A DNA stretch of 63,330 nucleotides, filler included, from Stramenopiles sp. TOSAG23-2 (Eukaryota): NCBI GenBank assembly GCA_900128395.1. It is 44 parts of 44 records of this genome, joined end to end, with 100 filler letters (N's around TTAATTAATTAA, not from the genome) between each part and the next. Parts side by side here need not be neighbours in the genome. Positions count along the whole stretch, not along the records: positions 47,672 to 49,007 come from LT653150.1; positions 49,108 to 50,442 come from LT653151.1; positions 50,543 to 51,877 come from LT653152.1; positions 51,978 to 53,311 come from LT653153.1; positions 53,412 to 54,744 come from LT653154.1; positions 54,845 to 56,176 come from LT653155.1; positions 56,277 to 57,608 come from LT653156.1; positions 57,709 to 59,040 come from LT653157.1; 36 more parts are not named here. One strand, written 5' to 3'. The translations under genes and the position numbers were made by a program. This document shows positions 47,672 through 59,254 of the stretch, in pieces (position 1 is the stretch's first letter; each line of letters begins with the position of its first letter). The notes under the pieces are model-generated. The model saw nothing but the letters and a program-made list of their open reading frames with translations, had not been told where the DNA came from and made no database searches.

Positions 47672-49005
47672 TTCCTCTTTTTCTTCTTATTTGATTGTGG
47701 TGAATTTAATGGACTTTTATTACTACCATCCTCATCATCTTCCTTGTAATCATCTAACTTTAATTCTTTATTTAAAAATGCTTTCTTCTTTTCCAATGTA
47801 GCAATACGATTAAATTGTGTTTCACTCATACCAATACTACTCCAACCTAAACATTCATAATGTCGTATTTTCAGTGCTACTTTACCCAATAATGGTTTTG
47901 AACCATTAATTATATATGAATCATCAAATAAAAAATTAATTGCAATTTTTTTATCCAAAATAGCAATATCCACGTTCCTTGTCGTATGATCTGGTTTTTC
48001 ACCAAGTTCATATAACATTTCCGTAACTTGTTCTAAACATGTTGCACGTTTACCTACTTGTACACTACCTCGACTTTGTATAGTTTGTCTTAACCAACTT
48101 TGAAAATCCGGTGTACCTCTACAATGACTAGCCTCATTTGCTAAAACATCATCAATCGTCAATAACCATTTTAATTGTTTATCAGCAGCTGATCTAGTTT
48201 TTTCAATTACTTTCCATGCATTATCAAAAAATAAATTTTGATATAATTTTAATGCACAAAAATCAGCAGTCATATCAATACTTTGTGCATAAGTTAATTT
48301 ATCAACAATGTATCCACATTGTCTTGCCAACATAATTTCCCTATCTTTATTCAATAATTTACCAGGACCTTTTATTGATTTTGCATTTCGTATACCATTT
48401 GCAAATCTAGCAAATGCATTTGTTAAAACACGTAAAAACTCTGCATTATTTTTAGGCAAGAGAATATCTGGATCTTTCTTCGCATCTTCTTCTTCGTCTT
48501 TATTTTCATTATTTGTCATATTTACATTATCATTATCATCAAAATTTAATTGTTTTTCAATTGCTGTTTCCAATGTTTTCTGTCCGTTATTATTATTATT
48601 ATTATTATTTATATCATCTTGACGCATGCTTTCTTCTAATAAAAGATCGCTAGATGCTGCAGTATTAGGTCTTGAACTATTATTATAACGATGTGAACCT
48701 TTTGTTGATGGACGGGATTTACTATTATTATTACTACGTGTTGATTTTGTTGTAGATGGACGTGATGCATGATGACTACTATTGTTATTTTCATCATCTT
48801 CATCATTTGTACCATATTTTTCCATATTTTCTAAAATTGCAAATGCTTGTTCTACTAACGATATCATACATTGTGGTTCATAACGTAAAATCGAACATGC
48901 TAATAAAATATTTGCTACTTCCTCCGGTATTAAAACATGACACCAATACTCTGTTCTATCATCTAAATTTTCCGTAAAACGGGCATGATATAAATTTAAT
49001 TTACC
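47672..49005 (-). CDS. FASTK/OPR-like helical-repeat protein with C-terminal RAP domain (partial)
   Basis: PEEVANILLACSILRYEP upstream in frame; VDIAILDKKIAI...LLGKVALKIRHYECLGW. Confidence 0.7.
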
Positions 49006-49172
49006 AANNNNNNNNNNNNNNNNNNNNNNNNNNNNNNNNNNNNNNNNNNNNTTAATTAATTAANNNNNNNNNNNNNNNNNNNNNNNNNNNNNNNNNNNNN
49101 NNNNNNNTTTCCAAAATTTGATTATTTTGAATTTCCTCCGAGTGGTTTCGCCTTGTAAATTGTATGATCTTT

Positions 49173-50321
49173 TTATAATCGACTTGGTACTTGATTACCA
49201 ATTTGACCCATGCGTTGTAAATTTTTGATTAAGCCATCCAATAACATTTTCGTGATATCTTCAGCAGACAAAATTTCATTGATCCCGCCAATTGCTTGAC
49301 CGGCTTGAGCTACATCAACTGCATCATTCCATGGTTTAGTATCGTTGCGCACATCGTTCCAAAATCCTTTGTTACTTTGTGGGCCTACAAAGAAACCACC
49401 TTTTGGGACTTTTTTCCCAGGCATATATTCTCCTGATTTATATACGTGGGAAATTGGTACAACGCCTTTACCAAGTAAGTCACGCATTTCCACTTCATTT
49501 TGTGCCCAGTAGTCATTCATTTCATTTTTAATTACACGCAATGGACGCCCGGAATAAATCTCAATACGACGAGTATCTGCACTTGTAGAATCAATGATTT
49601 TTTGGCGATATCCAGGTGTTGAATTGGCTTCAAAGGATGCTAAATAACGTGTACCAACCCAAACACCTTCTGCACCTAATGCAAAACATGCACTGACACC
49701 ACGGCCATCAAAAATACCACCACCGCCAACAAGAATCGTATCCGTACCAGCTAACATATCTGCACATTGAGGCAATAAAACCAATGTAGAAATATCACCA
49801 CTATGTGCACCACCTTCACCGCCAGTAGCGCAAATAATATCAACACCAACTGCAGTTGCTTTTTTCACATGTTTTGGATGCCCAGCCATGTTCATGACTA
49901 GCATGCCATTTGCATGCATTTTTTCAACCACCCATACAGGAGGAATACCAACTGCGCATACGAATAATGGTACTTTTTCTTCAATCATCATATCCACTAA
50001 GTTACCAAGTTGACCACCTGTATAGTCTTTATTGGTTTTACGTGCATTACCACCAACTTGTGGTAATAATAAATCAACACCAAATGGCAATGTACCAGCA
50101 ATGGAATTGCCTGGTTTTAACATTGATTTCAATTTTTTAATTTCTGCACGTAACCCATCGACAGTCATCCCAATTGCACCTATGGTACCGATACCACCTG
50201 CATTTGAGACGGCAGATGCTAAATCTGCTCCAGTGACATGGCCCATGCCAGCTACCATCAAAGGATATCGGATGCCTAGTTTTTTCGTTAATGCCGTTTC
50301 AAATTTTTCTGGTAAATTCAT
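49173..50321 (-). CDS. Nitronate monooxygenase/2-nitropropane dioxygenase family, with PTS1
   Basis: LGIRYPLMVAGM, AVSNAGGIG, GGEGGAHSG, GGGIFDGRG..LGAEGVWVGTRY; ends SRL-stop. Confidence 0.92.
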   Translation of the reverse strand: MNLPEKFETALTKKLGIRYPLMVAGMGHVTGADLASAVSNAGGIGTIGAIGMTVDGLRAEIKKLKSMLKPGNSIAGTLPFGVDLLLPQVGGNARKTNKDYTGGQLGNLVDMMIEEKVPLFVCAVGIPPVWVVEKMHANGMLVMNMAGHPKHVKKATAVGVDIICATGGEGGAHSGDISTLVLLPQCADMLAGTDTILVGGGGIFDGRGVSACFALGAEGVWVGTRYLASFEANSTPGYRQKIIDSTSADTRRIEIYSGRPLRVIKNEMNDYWAQNEVEMRDLLGKGVVPISHVYKSGEYMPGKKVPKGGFFVGPQSNKGFWNDVRNDTKPWNDAVDVAQAGQAIGGINEILSAEDITKMLLDGLIKNLQRMGQIGNQVPSRL

Positions 50322-50542
50322 CTTGATCGTATGTTGTTATTATTATTTCTTTATATATATGTATGTGATTGTTATATATGTATATATAATATATATATAT
50401 GTTTCTCTCTGTATCTGTCTGTAAATGTAATACACGAACTTGNNNNNNNNNNNNNNNNNNNNNNNNNNNNNNNNNNNNNNNNNNNNTTAATTAATTAANN
50501 NNNNNNNNNNNNNNNNNNNNNNNNNNNNNNNNNNNNNNNNNN

Positions 50543-51065
50543 CTACATTGCCTGTACCAGCTTCACCTTTTGTTCGCAGCATAGCGCAACCTTCAGCGAC
50601 ACGTCGTAATGCCTCTCCTAAATTACGGCAACCGCATACAAATGGCACTCCGAATGTAGTTTTATCGATATGATTATCTTCATCTGCCATGGTCAATACT
50701 TCTGATTCATCAATAAAATCAATTTCAAGGGATTCCAAAATTTGTGCTTCAACGAAATGTCCAATTCTTGCCTTTGCCATGACTGGTATAGTTACAGCAT
50801 CTTTGATCTTTTGAATCATTTCAGGATCAGACGCCCTTGCAACACCACCATCCTCACGAATATCAGCAGGTATACGTTCCAACGCCATGACAGCAACTGC
50901 TCCAGCTTCTTCAGCGATACGTGCTTGTTCTACATTCATGACATCCATAATAACACCACCTTTTAACATTTTTGCTAAGCCAGATTTGGTTTTGAATGTT
51001 GCAACTTGTGATTTTGATACGGAATGCCCGTTTGTAGTTCCGTTAGTTTTTGAAATTTTTGACAT
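50543..51065 (-). CDS. PDX1: Pyridoxal 5'-phosphate synthase subunit PDX1 (3' partial)
   Basis: [55 protein letters not shown]. Confidence 0.97.
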
Positions 51066-51701
51066 GATGATTTAAATAATATGTATTTTGTCGGTACAAT
51101 TTATAATTCTGTGATATGTAAGTTATTGTATATAGAGTGTAAAGTTGGGTTATGTGGTCCTTTATATGAAGATATATATATGTTTAGTATATACCAGGTA
51201 TATAGTGTATAGTGTTTTTTATTTTTTAGTAGCGTGTATAGCTGTGGTGGGTGGTGGGTTGTACAGATCCACGATGGTAATAGTATAGGTAAATCATCAA
51301 TAAACCACAGGTGTAAGCTGGTAAGTTCGCGTCGTAGAGATTAGAGATTCTTAGATCTTTGTGAGATCGTGCCATCTGGCCATCCAGCCACATCTAGCTT
51401 ACTCTCGTGCCTAGTTATTCTTATATACTTTAACTTATTCGAAATATTCTTCCGGTACCTAGGACCTAGGATTACGGTACAGTATAGGTCCAATGGTACC
51501 TTATAACCTTATAATATAATCCTATCATCCTATTACTATTATCATCAAGTGTATACCAACAAGAAGCAAGCGCAATATGCACACGGAAAGATTATCGATT
51601 GTGCAGCTTACAAGAAGTTGAGAAGTGTGTCACTGAAGAATCAAATAAACAGCAAGAAGAAAATATATATACACATCTACATTCAAATAAATAAAAACAA
51701 A

Positions 51702-51877
51702 ATGAAGATGCCAAGAAGGGGTTTGATGACCCCAATTGAATTTATAGAGGCGACGAAATATTTATTTCAATTAGGTGCGAAAAAGTATCCATTTTCAGCA
51801 AGAGTATTGCCAGTAGTTGCATTTACTGGATTGGGATTAGTTTGCATGGAATTTAGTAACCCAACAAATAATAATAA
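51702..51877 (+). CDS. 5' end of a gene divergent from PDX1
   Basis: AAAATG start MKMPRRGLMTP with a hydrophobic segment; open to the contig end. Confidence 0.5.
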
Positions 51878-52340
51878 NNNNNNNNNNNNNNNNNNNNNNN
51901 NNNNNNNNNNNNNNNNNNNNNTTAATTAATTAANNNNNNNNNNNNNNNNNNNNNNNNNNNNNNNNNNNNNNNNNNNNCATTATAATGCACGAGGTTTGAT
52001 AGTAAAATATGTGTAATTTGTACTTATTAGTATAATAAATTTTATTTGTCCCTTGGAGTCTTTCTCATTATATTCTAATAGTATAGTATAGTATTTATTC
52101 TATTTATATATAAAACTTTTTATGATGTTTTGATATATATGTGATAATTGTAGATTTGCTCTACTGTCATTCTCTCGCTCTATCATTCCTTTTCTCTCTC
52201 ACTTTCTCGGGCTGATAGTATGCCGATGTTTGTGTTTTGTTGTGATAGTGGCCTCTTCTATTTCCTAATACGAAATATACAATAAGAGGAACAACCTTGC
52301 GACATTGGAGGTTTTATAAAAATGGTAAACCAATCATGGC

Positions 52341-52907
52341 TTAATCTGCCATGGCTGCTTCACAACCTGCTGCAGCTGAGAAGAAACGTTTACAAGCACT
52401 TTTCACACTTTCTGTGTTCTTGCATGCTTTGAGCAAAGTCTTCAATGTTCTTTCGCCTGTTTTACTCTTCTTGCCATCTTTGTCTTCATACATAGGCAGA
52501 ATTTCATTGCACTTCTCTTTTTGTCTCTTTTCAAACTTATCCCTTGATTCCCCTTTAAGTTCATGAAGTTTCCAGTGTCTGTGATCACAAATATCTTTTG
52601 CAGCCGCAGCACAGTTCAGTGATTCGTCATTTTCTTTGGCGAGCTTTGCTTCTTTAAATACTTTCTTATTCCATGTAATTTCTTCTTCCTCCTCCTCTTT
52701 GACATCTCTGGCGGCAAATCTTCGAATAAGCTTCTTTCTACCTTCCCTTATGCATTCGACGCGTGCAATGGATGATTTTTTATCACCAAGTTTTTCTTCG
52801 CAGTCGTCTGTTACCTTTTTCATAAATACTCTCATAGCACTTGGAGTCAAGGCGGTTGTTGTAGCAACGGCAGCTGCTAAAACGAACAAAGCTAAAGTTA
52901 GTCGCAT
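52341..52907 (-). CDS. Small secreted Lys/Glu-rich Cys-containing protein
   Basis: Clear signal peptide MRLTLALFVLAAAVATTTA; complete ORF. Confidence 0.7.
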   Translation of the reverse strand: MRLTLALFVLAAAVATTTALTPSAMRVFMKKVTDDCEEKLGDKKSSIARVECIREGRKKLIRRFAARDVKEEEEEEITWNKKVFKEAKLAKENDESLNCAAAAKDICDHRHWKLHELKGESRDKFEKRQKEKCNEILPMYEDKDGKKSKTGERTLKTLLKACKNTESVKSACKRFFSAAAGCEAAMAD

Positions 52908-53437
52908 TGTGAACGAATTAATTTGTGTACTAAGCGTTTTCTTGTTGAATTTGTGTACTAAGCGTTATCTTGTTCCGTGTTTACCCGTTCTACCTAATAG
53001 ACCTAAACATTTAACCTAGTCACCTGGAAGCCCCCCTTTTTTTCCTTTTTTTATCTATACGAGGTCGTATGTCTGTTCAAGTATATACGTTATAATATAT
53101 AAATTATTGTCATTTGATAGTGAGATCTGGAGTTGGTCAAAGCCAATTTATAAAAAAATAATGACTAATGGCCACGAGATAGCATGGTTACAATTTGCTA
53201 GCTCTAGCTGGGCTAGCATATACACACCAATAGTAATGCTATTCCATGCTAAGTTCAAAATTGGCCGTACCAGACACACAGCATGGGCTAAAAAACATCA
53301 ATAAATTATATNNNNNNNNNNNNNNNNNNNNNNNNNNNNNNNNNNNNNNNNNNNNTTAATTAATTAANNNNNNNNNNNNNNNNNNNNNNNNNNNNNNNNN
53401 NNNNNNNNNNNTAGACAAGTGGAATAGCCAATTAGGT

Positions 53438-54744
53438 ATGAAGTCAAGTTGGGTAACATTTCAATGGCAACAACAACAAACAAAATGTCATAAAACTGCA
53501 TTAAAGACTATGACGTCATTTGTTGCTGACGATGTAAAAAAACATATGCGTAAAATAAGAGATGACGCTAAATTGTATAATAATGAAACCATGAAGGAGG
53601 CATCTCAAAAATACCAAAGGGGCAGATTAGAGAAACATAATAAGCAGATTTTGAAACGATTGTTTCTTACAACAAGACTGTTAGACCATTATAAAAAATC
53701 AAGCTGTAGTGTCATACCTACTATAACTCCAACCAATGAAATCTGGTTAGGGCAACATAAACGTGGATATGAAGCTTTGGTATTTAAATGCAGGAAATAT
53801 AATTCTCAAAATTTAAAACTACATAAAGCAGAGATCAACGTATTAAAACATTTACAAAATGTACATCCACATATTATAAAACTCGTAGATTCAATTGATC
53901 TATTTAATATTGACACATATCATGGTCGTCGATGCATATTGATGTATGATTATCAAAGCAATGGTAGTTTAGCCGACAGCTTGCCATCTAAAGGTGGCTT
54001 TAAAGAGAACATAGCGCGAACATATTTCACACAAATTACGAATGCTGTTGATTTTTGTCATAGAAATCGTATAACGCATACTGACTTATGCTTGGAAAAT
54101 ATTTATTTAGATCACAATTTTAATGCAAAATTGGGAAGTTTTAAAAGTGCGATATACGGTGGTATTGCTCAAAATTTAAATTGTGCACATGTACAAAATA
54201 ATGAAGTGTACACAATGGATCCAGATATTGATATAAAAAATTGGAAAGGTACATATGATGCTACACAAGGTGATATATGGTCTCTAGGAGTTGTTTGTTT
54301 TGTATTACTCACCGGTTACCCACCATTTAATCGTAGCGCTGGTAAGAATATGTGCTGGTGGATGAATTCATTATTTGAAGGGGAAGCTGGACGTGAACGA
54401 TTTTGGCACAATCAAAAATTAATTGGTTTTAAAGCACATAATGCAATATCATTGCTCGAGCGATTATTGGCAGCTGAACCTAAGAAAAGAATTACCGCAT
54501 ACCAAGCTAAGCATACCAATTGGGTCAAAGAATATGATGTGGCAAAACCATCAACGTTAAAAGCATATATGAAATCTTTTGTTCCCAAATTAAATGGGTT
54601 AGGACTAGACGGCCAAACGTTTCGACAAAATGAAGCGTACGACTCAAGATTAAGTGGCAAAACTGGTACAGAAAAATACGTATACTTATATAAAAACGGT
54701 GTAAAGGATAAAAAGTTTGATAATATTAATCGATCTTCTATTGC
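53438..54744 (+). CDS. CAMK-like protein kinase fold, probable pseudokinase (3' partial)
   Basis: HPHIIKL, GSL, ARTYFTQI, HTDLCLEN, AKLGSF, DIWSLGV..LLTGYPPF. Confidence 0.85.
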
Positions 54745-54844
54745 NNNNNNNNNNNNNNNNNNNNNNNNNNNNNNNNNNNNNNNNNNNNTTAATTAATTAA
54801 NNNNNNNNNNNNNNNNNNNNNNNNNNNNNNNNNNNNNNNNNNNN

Positions 54845-55022
54845 TCGCTACTATACCCAAGTTGTACTTGTTTTGCATGTAAAACTCAAATGATCCACCA
54901 CCAAAAAAAGGGGACGCAATCGTATCAAATGACTTTATAACAAAATGTAATGATATAATCTCATCCAATTTCTTACAAGCACGCGTCTTACCCCCAGGAT
55001 AACGCAACGGTGACTTGTTCAT
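54845..55022 (-). CDS. Dam/D12-class N6-adenine DNA methyltransferase, 5' part
   Basis: MNKSPLRYPGGKTRA...SPFFGGGSFE (SAM-binding motif I). Confidence 0.9.
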
Positions 55023-55105
55023 TTTATTATAACTGTATAATGTTTTTTCAATATTTTTTCCAATCCACGGATTAACACCATAATAATTATATATTATCAC
55101 ATTAG

Positions 55106-56014
55106 ATGAATGTGTTATCAATCGCAACCGATTGTTCAGGTATTGAAGCACCCATACAAGCTCTCTTACAAATGAAAATCAAATTTAAACATAAATGGTC
55201 ATCAGAAATTGACCCCTTCGCTAGACAATCACTCTTGGCAAACTACAAACCAGAAACATTGTATACAGATATCACACAAAGAGACCACACTAAACTACCA
55301 TACGTTGATATATATGTTTGTGGATTCCCATGTCAACCTTTTTCATCTCTAGGTAAACGTCTTGGAACAAACGACAGCAGAGGAAATATAATGTTACATT
55401 GTATAGAAACCATCAAACACTCTAAACCTACTCTATTTATACTCGAAAACGTAAAGAGATTCAAAACTATTGAAAAATCACAACCATTCAACTTTTTAAT
55501 ACAACAATTAGAATCATTAAACTACAATGTCGCTCATTTTGTACTAAACACCAAAGATTATGGCTTACCACAAAATAGAGAACGAATATACATCATAGGT
55601 ACGTTAAAAACATCAAACTTGACATCACCTGTTAATCCTCCGAAAACAGTTCCCATGAAACCATTAGAAGATGTTTTATCAAATTATTATTTGCAAACTA
55701 CGATATCTCCATCACTTTTGAAAAATTTAAATAGAATAACAGATAAAAGAAATTATATTGTTACACCTTTTACCTTTTCATCTATTTGTACAATCTCACC
55801 AACCCTGACCACAAATTGTATGAAATTCTATACAACACAATATAAAAGATATTTGATAATCAAAGAATGTCTTGCTTTACAAGGATTTCCAATAAACTTT
55901 AAACAAGTTGTTAGTAATTATCAACTTTTTAAACAAATAGGTAACTCTATGAGCGTTCCTGTACTAGTACACATCTTTAAACAAGTAAACGTCAAAAAAC
56001 TCACTAAAAAGTGA
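55106..56014 (+). CDS. C5-cytosine DNA methyltransferase, single-domain, complete
   Basis: TDCSGIEA (I), GFPCQPFS (IV), ILENVK (VI), PQNRERIY (VIII), ECLALQGFP (IX), QIGNSM (X). Confidence 0.95.
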   Translation: MNVLSIATDCSGIEAPIQALLQMKIKFKHKWSSEIDPFARQSLLANYKPETLYTDITQRDHTKLPYVDIYVCGFPCQPFSSLGKRLGTNDSRGNIMLHCIETIKHSKPTLFILENVKRFKTIEKSQPFNFLIQQLESLNYNVAHFVLNTKDYGLPQNRERIYIIGTLKTSNLTSPVNPPKTVPMKPLEDVLSNYYLQTTISPSLLKNLNRITDKRNYIVTPFTFSSICTISPTLTTNCMKFYTTQYKRYLIIKECLALQGFPINFKQVVSNYQLFKQIGNSMSVPVLVHIFKQVNVKKLTKK

Positions 56015-56039
56015 GTTCTTAAATTACCTTAGACGAGGT

Positions 56040-56174
56040 TTACAAATGTGTTTTTTGAATAATTTCTAGAGCTTCTTTAGATAAACAAGTGTATCTCTGA
56101 TGGTTTCTAGAAAACACTAGATTATATTTTCTATCTGATTTTACTAACTCGTCATGTTGAGACTTTACATTATC
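56040..56174 (-). CDS. 3' end of a convergent hypothetical gene
   Basis: Hand translation DNVKSQHDELVKSDRKYNLVFSRNHQRYTCLSKEALEIIQKTHL-stop, 25 bp from the methyltransferase stop. Confidence 0.5.
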   Translation of the reverse strand, partial: DNVKSQHDELVKSDRKYNLVFSRNHQRYTCLSKEALEIIQKTHL

Positions 56175-56289
56175 CTNNNNNNNNNNNNNNNNNNNNNNNN
56201 NNNNNNNNNNNNNNNNNNNNTTAATTAATTAANNNNNNNNNNNNNNNNNNNNNNNNNNNNNNNNNNNNNNNNNNNNTAACTTTCTATAT

Positions 56290-57608
56290 TCAACCTCGTC
56301 TCTCCTCTTCTTCTTCATTCCCATTGCACCATTCTATAAAACTTTCCAAGTCATCATTGTTCCATTGTTTTATAGTATCGTCGATAAATAATTCAACAAA
56401 TGTTTCATCCTTATAATTTTTTCGCATCAATACTAAATGGTTCAAATTCGTTGCATCTACTAATAATTTATTACAATACAATTCGTAAAACATTGTGTTT
56501 AGTTGTACATGTTGCATAAATTCGACATCTTTCTTCATCCTGATCTTCAAACGATTATTCACATATTCTAAGAAATTATGCTGATTTAAAAAATCTACAT
56601 GTTGTGAGATTTTATATTCCCATATCAAACGAGTAACTTGAGTATCTAACGTTTGAAATATTGCATTTATGCCAATCCCAAGCCTATAATAAGCTGAAAT
56701 TAATGCATCGCCACGTAAAATAAAAAGTTGCTGCTTTTTTCTTTCATTATTATTATTATTATTATTATTGTCATTGATTGTAATCAATTTACTTGGTATT
56801 TCAGCTGTTCTTGTTGACATTGTATGGTATAAAATGTGTTTTTTAGCATTGATATCACTACCTTCGTTATCATGAATATTCATTATCTTTTTTCTCAAAT
56901 CATATTTATTTTTTAGTAATAGATCATCATCAAATTTAATTAAAAAATTAGTCAAATTAACTAAAATTTTATATGGAAAAAAATCTTCATCTAGCTCACC
57001 GTCAACCTCATTATGAAAAAAATGTATCTTAGAAAATTCATTTGAAAACAAGATTTGCATTTCACAAAATGGCTCATTGAAACGTTTGAAAACGGAAGTT
57101 ATACCTTGAAAATAAAATGATGTAATAAATGGACTATAAACAATTCCGGTCTTTGGATCCAATCTAAGCGATGGACATTTATTATTTCTTTCTAATTTAT
57201 ATGCAAGAATTATTGTTGCTTGTTCCAAATTTTTATCGTTATTCGGTAATGTTGCTAATAGATTATTGCTGTTACTATGCAATGGTTGAAATACATTAGA
57301 TTGGTTGTAATTTATGTTTAAATATTTTCTTACTATCGACTTTGTGCCATCGCAACCATAAATAATTTGGAATTTATTTAAATATTTCTTATCTGCATCA
57401 TTTTTTATTGGATCAAATTCTTTATAGTCAATTATTAAAGTAGATGGTTTTTCAGCAGCAGTAGCTGCGGATATGATAAATGCAAGTAAAGAAAGAAAAT
57501 TCTCAAGCATGTAACATTGAATTGTATGTATACCTTCAACTTCTTCTACATAATTCACATTATATGGATATCCCCACGCATTTAATTTATTAATAGTTGC
57601 AATGTACA
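56290..57608 (-). CDS. FAD-dependent monooxygenase-like protein (5' partial)
   Basis: IIYGCDGTKSIVRK (DG motif) and LRGDALISAYYRLGIGIN (GD motif). Confidence 0.7.
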
Positions 57609-57708
57609 NNNNNNNNNNNNNNNNNNNNNNNNNNNNNNNNNNNNNNNNNNNNTTAATTAATTAANNNNNNNNNNNNNNNNNNNNNNNNNNNNNNNNNNNN
57701 NNNNNNNN

Positions 57709-59040
57709 GTCCAGAAGAAGGTAATAATGGATTGCTATTGGTTGGCATGTTTGCTGCTGCAATTATTGTGATTGCATTGATGGTAATGTCTCAAATTTCG
57801 AAAGGTAGCCATGAACGTGAGTTACAATTAGCACATGCACAAGAACATAATAAAGATATGGATAAAGCACATGCAGAAGCGGAAAAAGAAAAAGAATTGC
57901 AAAAGCAATTAAGCAAAGCAAAAAGTGATGGTAGTGAAAAAGAGAATGATGGCGATGACACAACGGGGGAGGAGGATGATAGCAATGGTGAAAAGCCTAT
58001 ATCCTTAGTGGATATTGAGTTTCAAGGTAAATCATCATCAAAATTATTAACTGCAAAAAGTTCGTATTTTTCCGTTGAACAAGGAAAAAACGATATATAT
58101 CAATCGGTTTTACGATTAGCAGAATTACAAAAAGAAAATGGAACTCGATCTGGAAAATTAATATCACATAAACAAATTCTTACTGGAATGGTTCGCATTT
58201 TCTTTTCTTACATGCAAGTATTGGCATTAGCACGCTCATTACCAATTGCATGGCCAACAGCAGTGGAAAATATTTTAGATACGATGGCTACATTTTCAAG
58301 TCCTAGTTTATCATTAACTTCCGTAGATTGTGCTATTTCTGGTAAAAAACCGGATGAATTACAAAATGTTGGTGCAATTTATGTCAAATTTTGGATGACC
58401 ATGTTAATTCCAGTATTAGCTGTACTTGGGCCTTTATTTATTTGGGGTGCATATTATAGTTTGGGAAATATGATTTATCAAACGGATAGAGGGGAAGGTT
58501 GTTGCTTCAAATCAATGGTAAAAAACAAAGGAATAACGAAAAACCAAGCAAGTAAAATCAATATCCAAAAACTACGTGAAAAAACGATTCGACGATTACA
58601 AGTTAGTTGTATTGTTACCCTTTTCTTGTTTTATCCAACAACTTGTAAGGGTGTAGTAAAAATGTGGGCTTGTAAAACATATGGTACTTTTACATATTTA
58701 GTAGCAGATCTGTCAGTAGAATGCTATAAAGGGGAACATAATTTATATGTCATCATTGCAACGTTTTTTTTCTTTGCATATTGCATTGGAATTCCATTTT
58801 TAGCATATAAAGTCTTAAGCCCATATCTACCAGGCATTCATTTCAATCCAAGACAACCAATTTCTGAAATAAATCCACCAAGTAAAAAAAAATATACGGA
58901 GAAAGATAGAAAAGAATTATTAAAAATGAAATTAACTGCTGCAAGTGTGTATGGTTTCATGTGGCAAGGCTTTCAACAGAAAGGGTTGGCACCATACTGG
59001 GAAGCGGTAATTATCAATTCAAGAAAATTAGGATTGATCA
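57709..59040 (+). CDS. Multi-pass membrane region of a large protist surface protein
   Basis: IFFSYMQVL..WP..SVDC..FLFYP..C..YLVADLSVECY..YWE. Confidence 0.7.
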
Positions 59041-59140
59041 NNNNNNNNNNNNNNNNNNNNNNNNNNNNNNNNNNNNNNNNNNNNTTAATTAATTAANNNN
59101 NNNNNNNNNNNNNNNNNNNNNNNNNNNNNNNNNNNNNNNN

Positions 59141-59254
59141 ATTGTTTGCTTTTAATGCTTCACCAATACTTTGTACATCAGTAATATTATTATTATTTAG
59201 CCACAATTTCGTTAATGTCTTGTTTGTTTTTAATGCATCACCAATACTTTGTAC
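59141..59254 (-). CDS. RI/NLRC3-type leucine-rich repeats (26-aa unit), out of frame with the upstream ORF
   Basis: Hand translation VQSIGDALKTNKTLTKLWLNNNNITD-VQSIGEALKANN, running off the contig. Confidence 0.85.

Noticed and set aside
54845-56176. Complete restriction-modification system
   Set aside because: No endonuclease is recognisable, and the convergent fragment is too short to assign.
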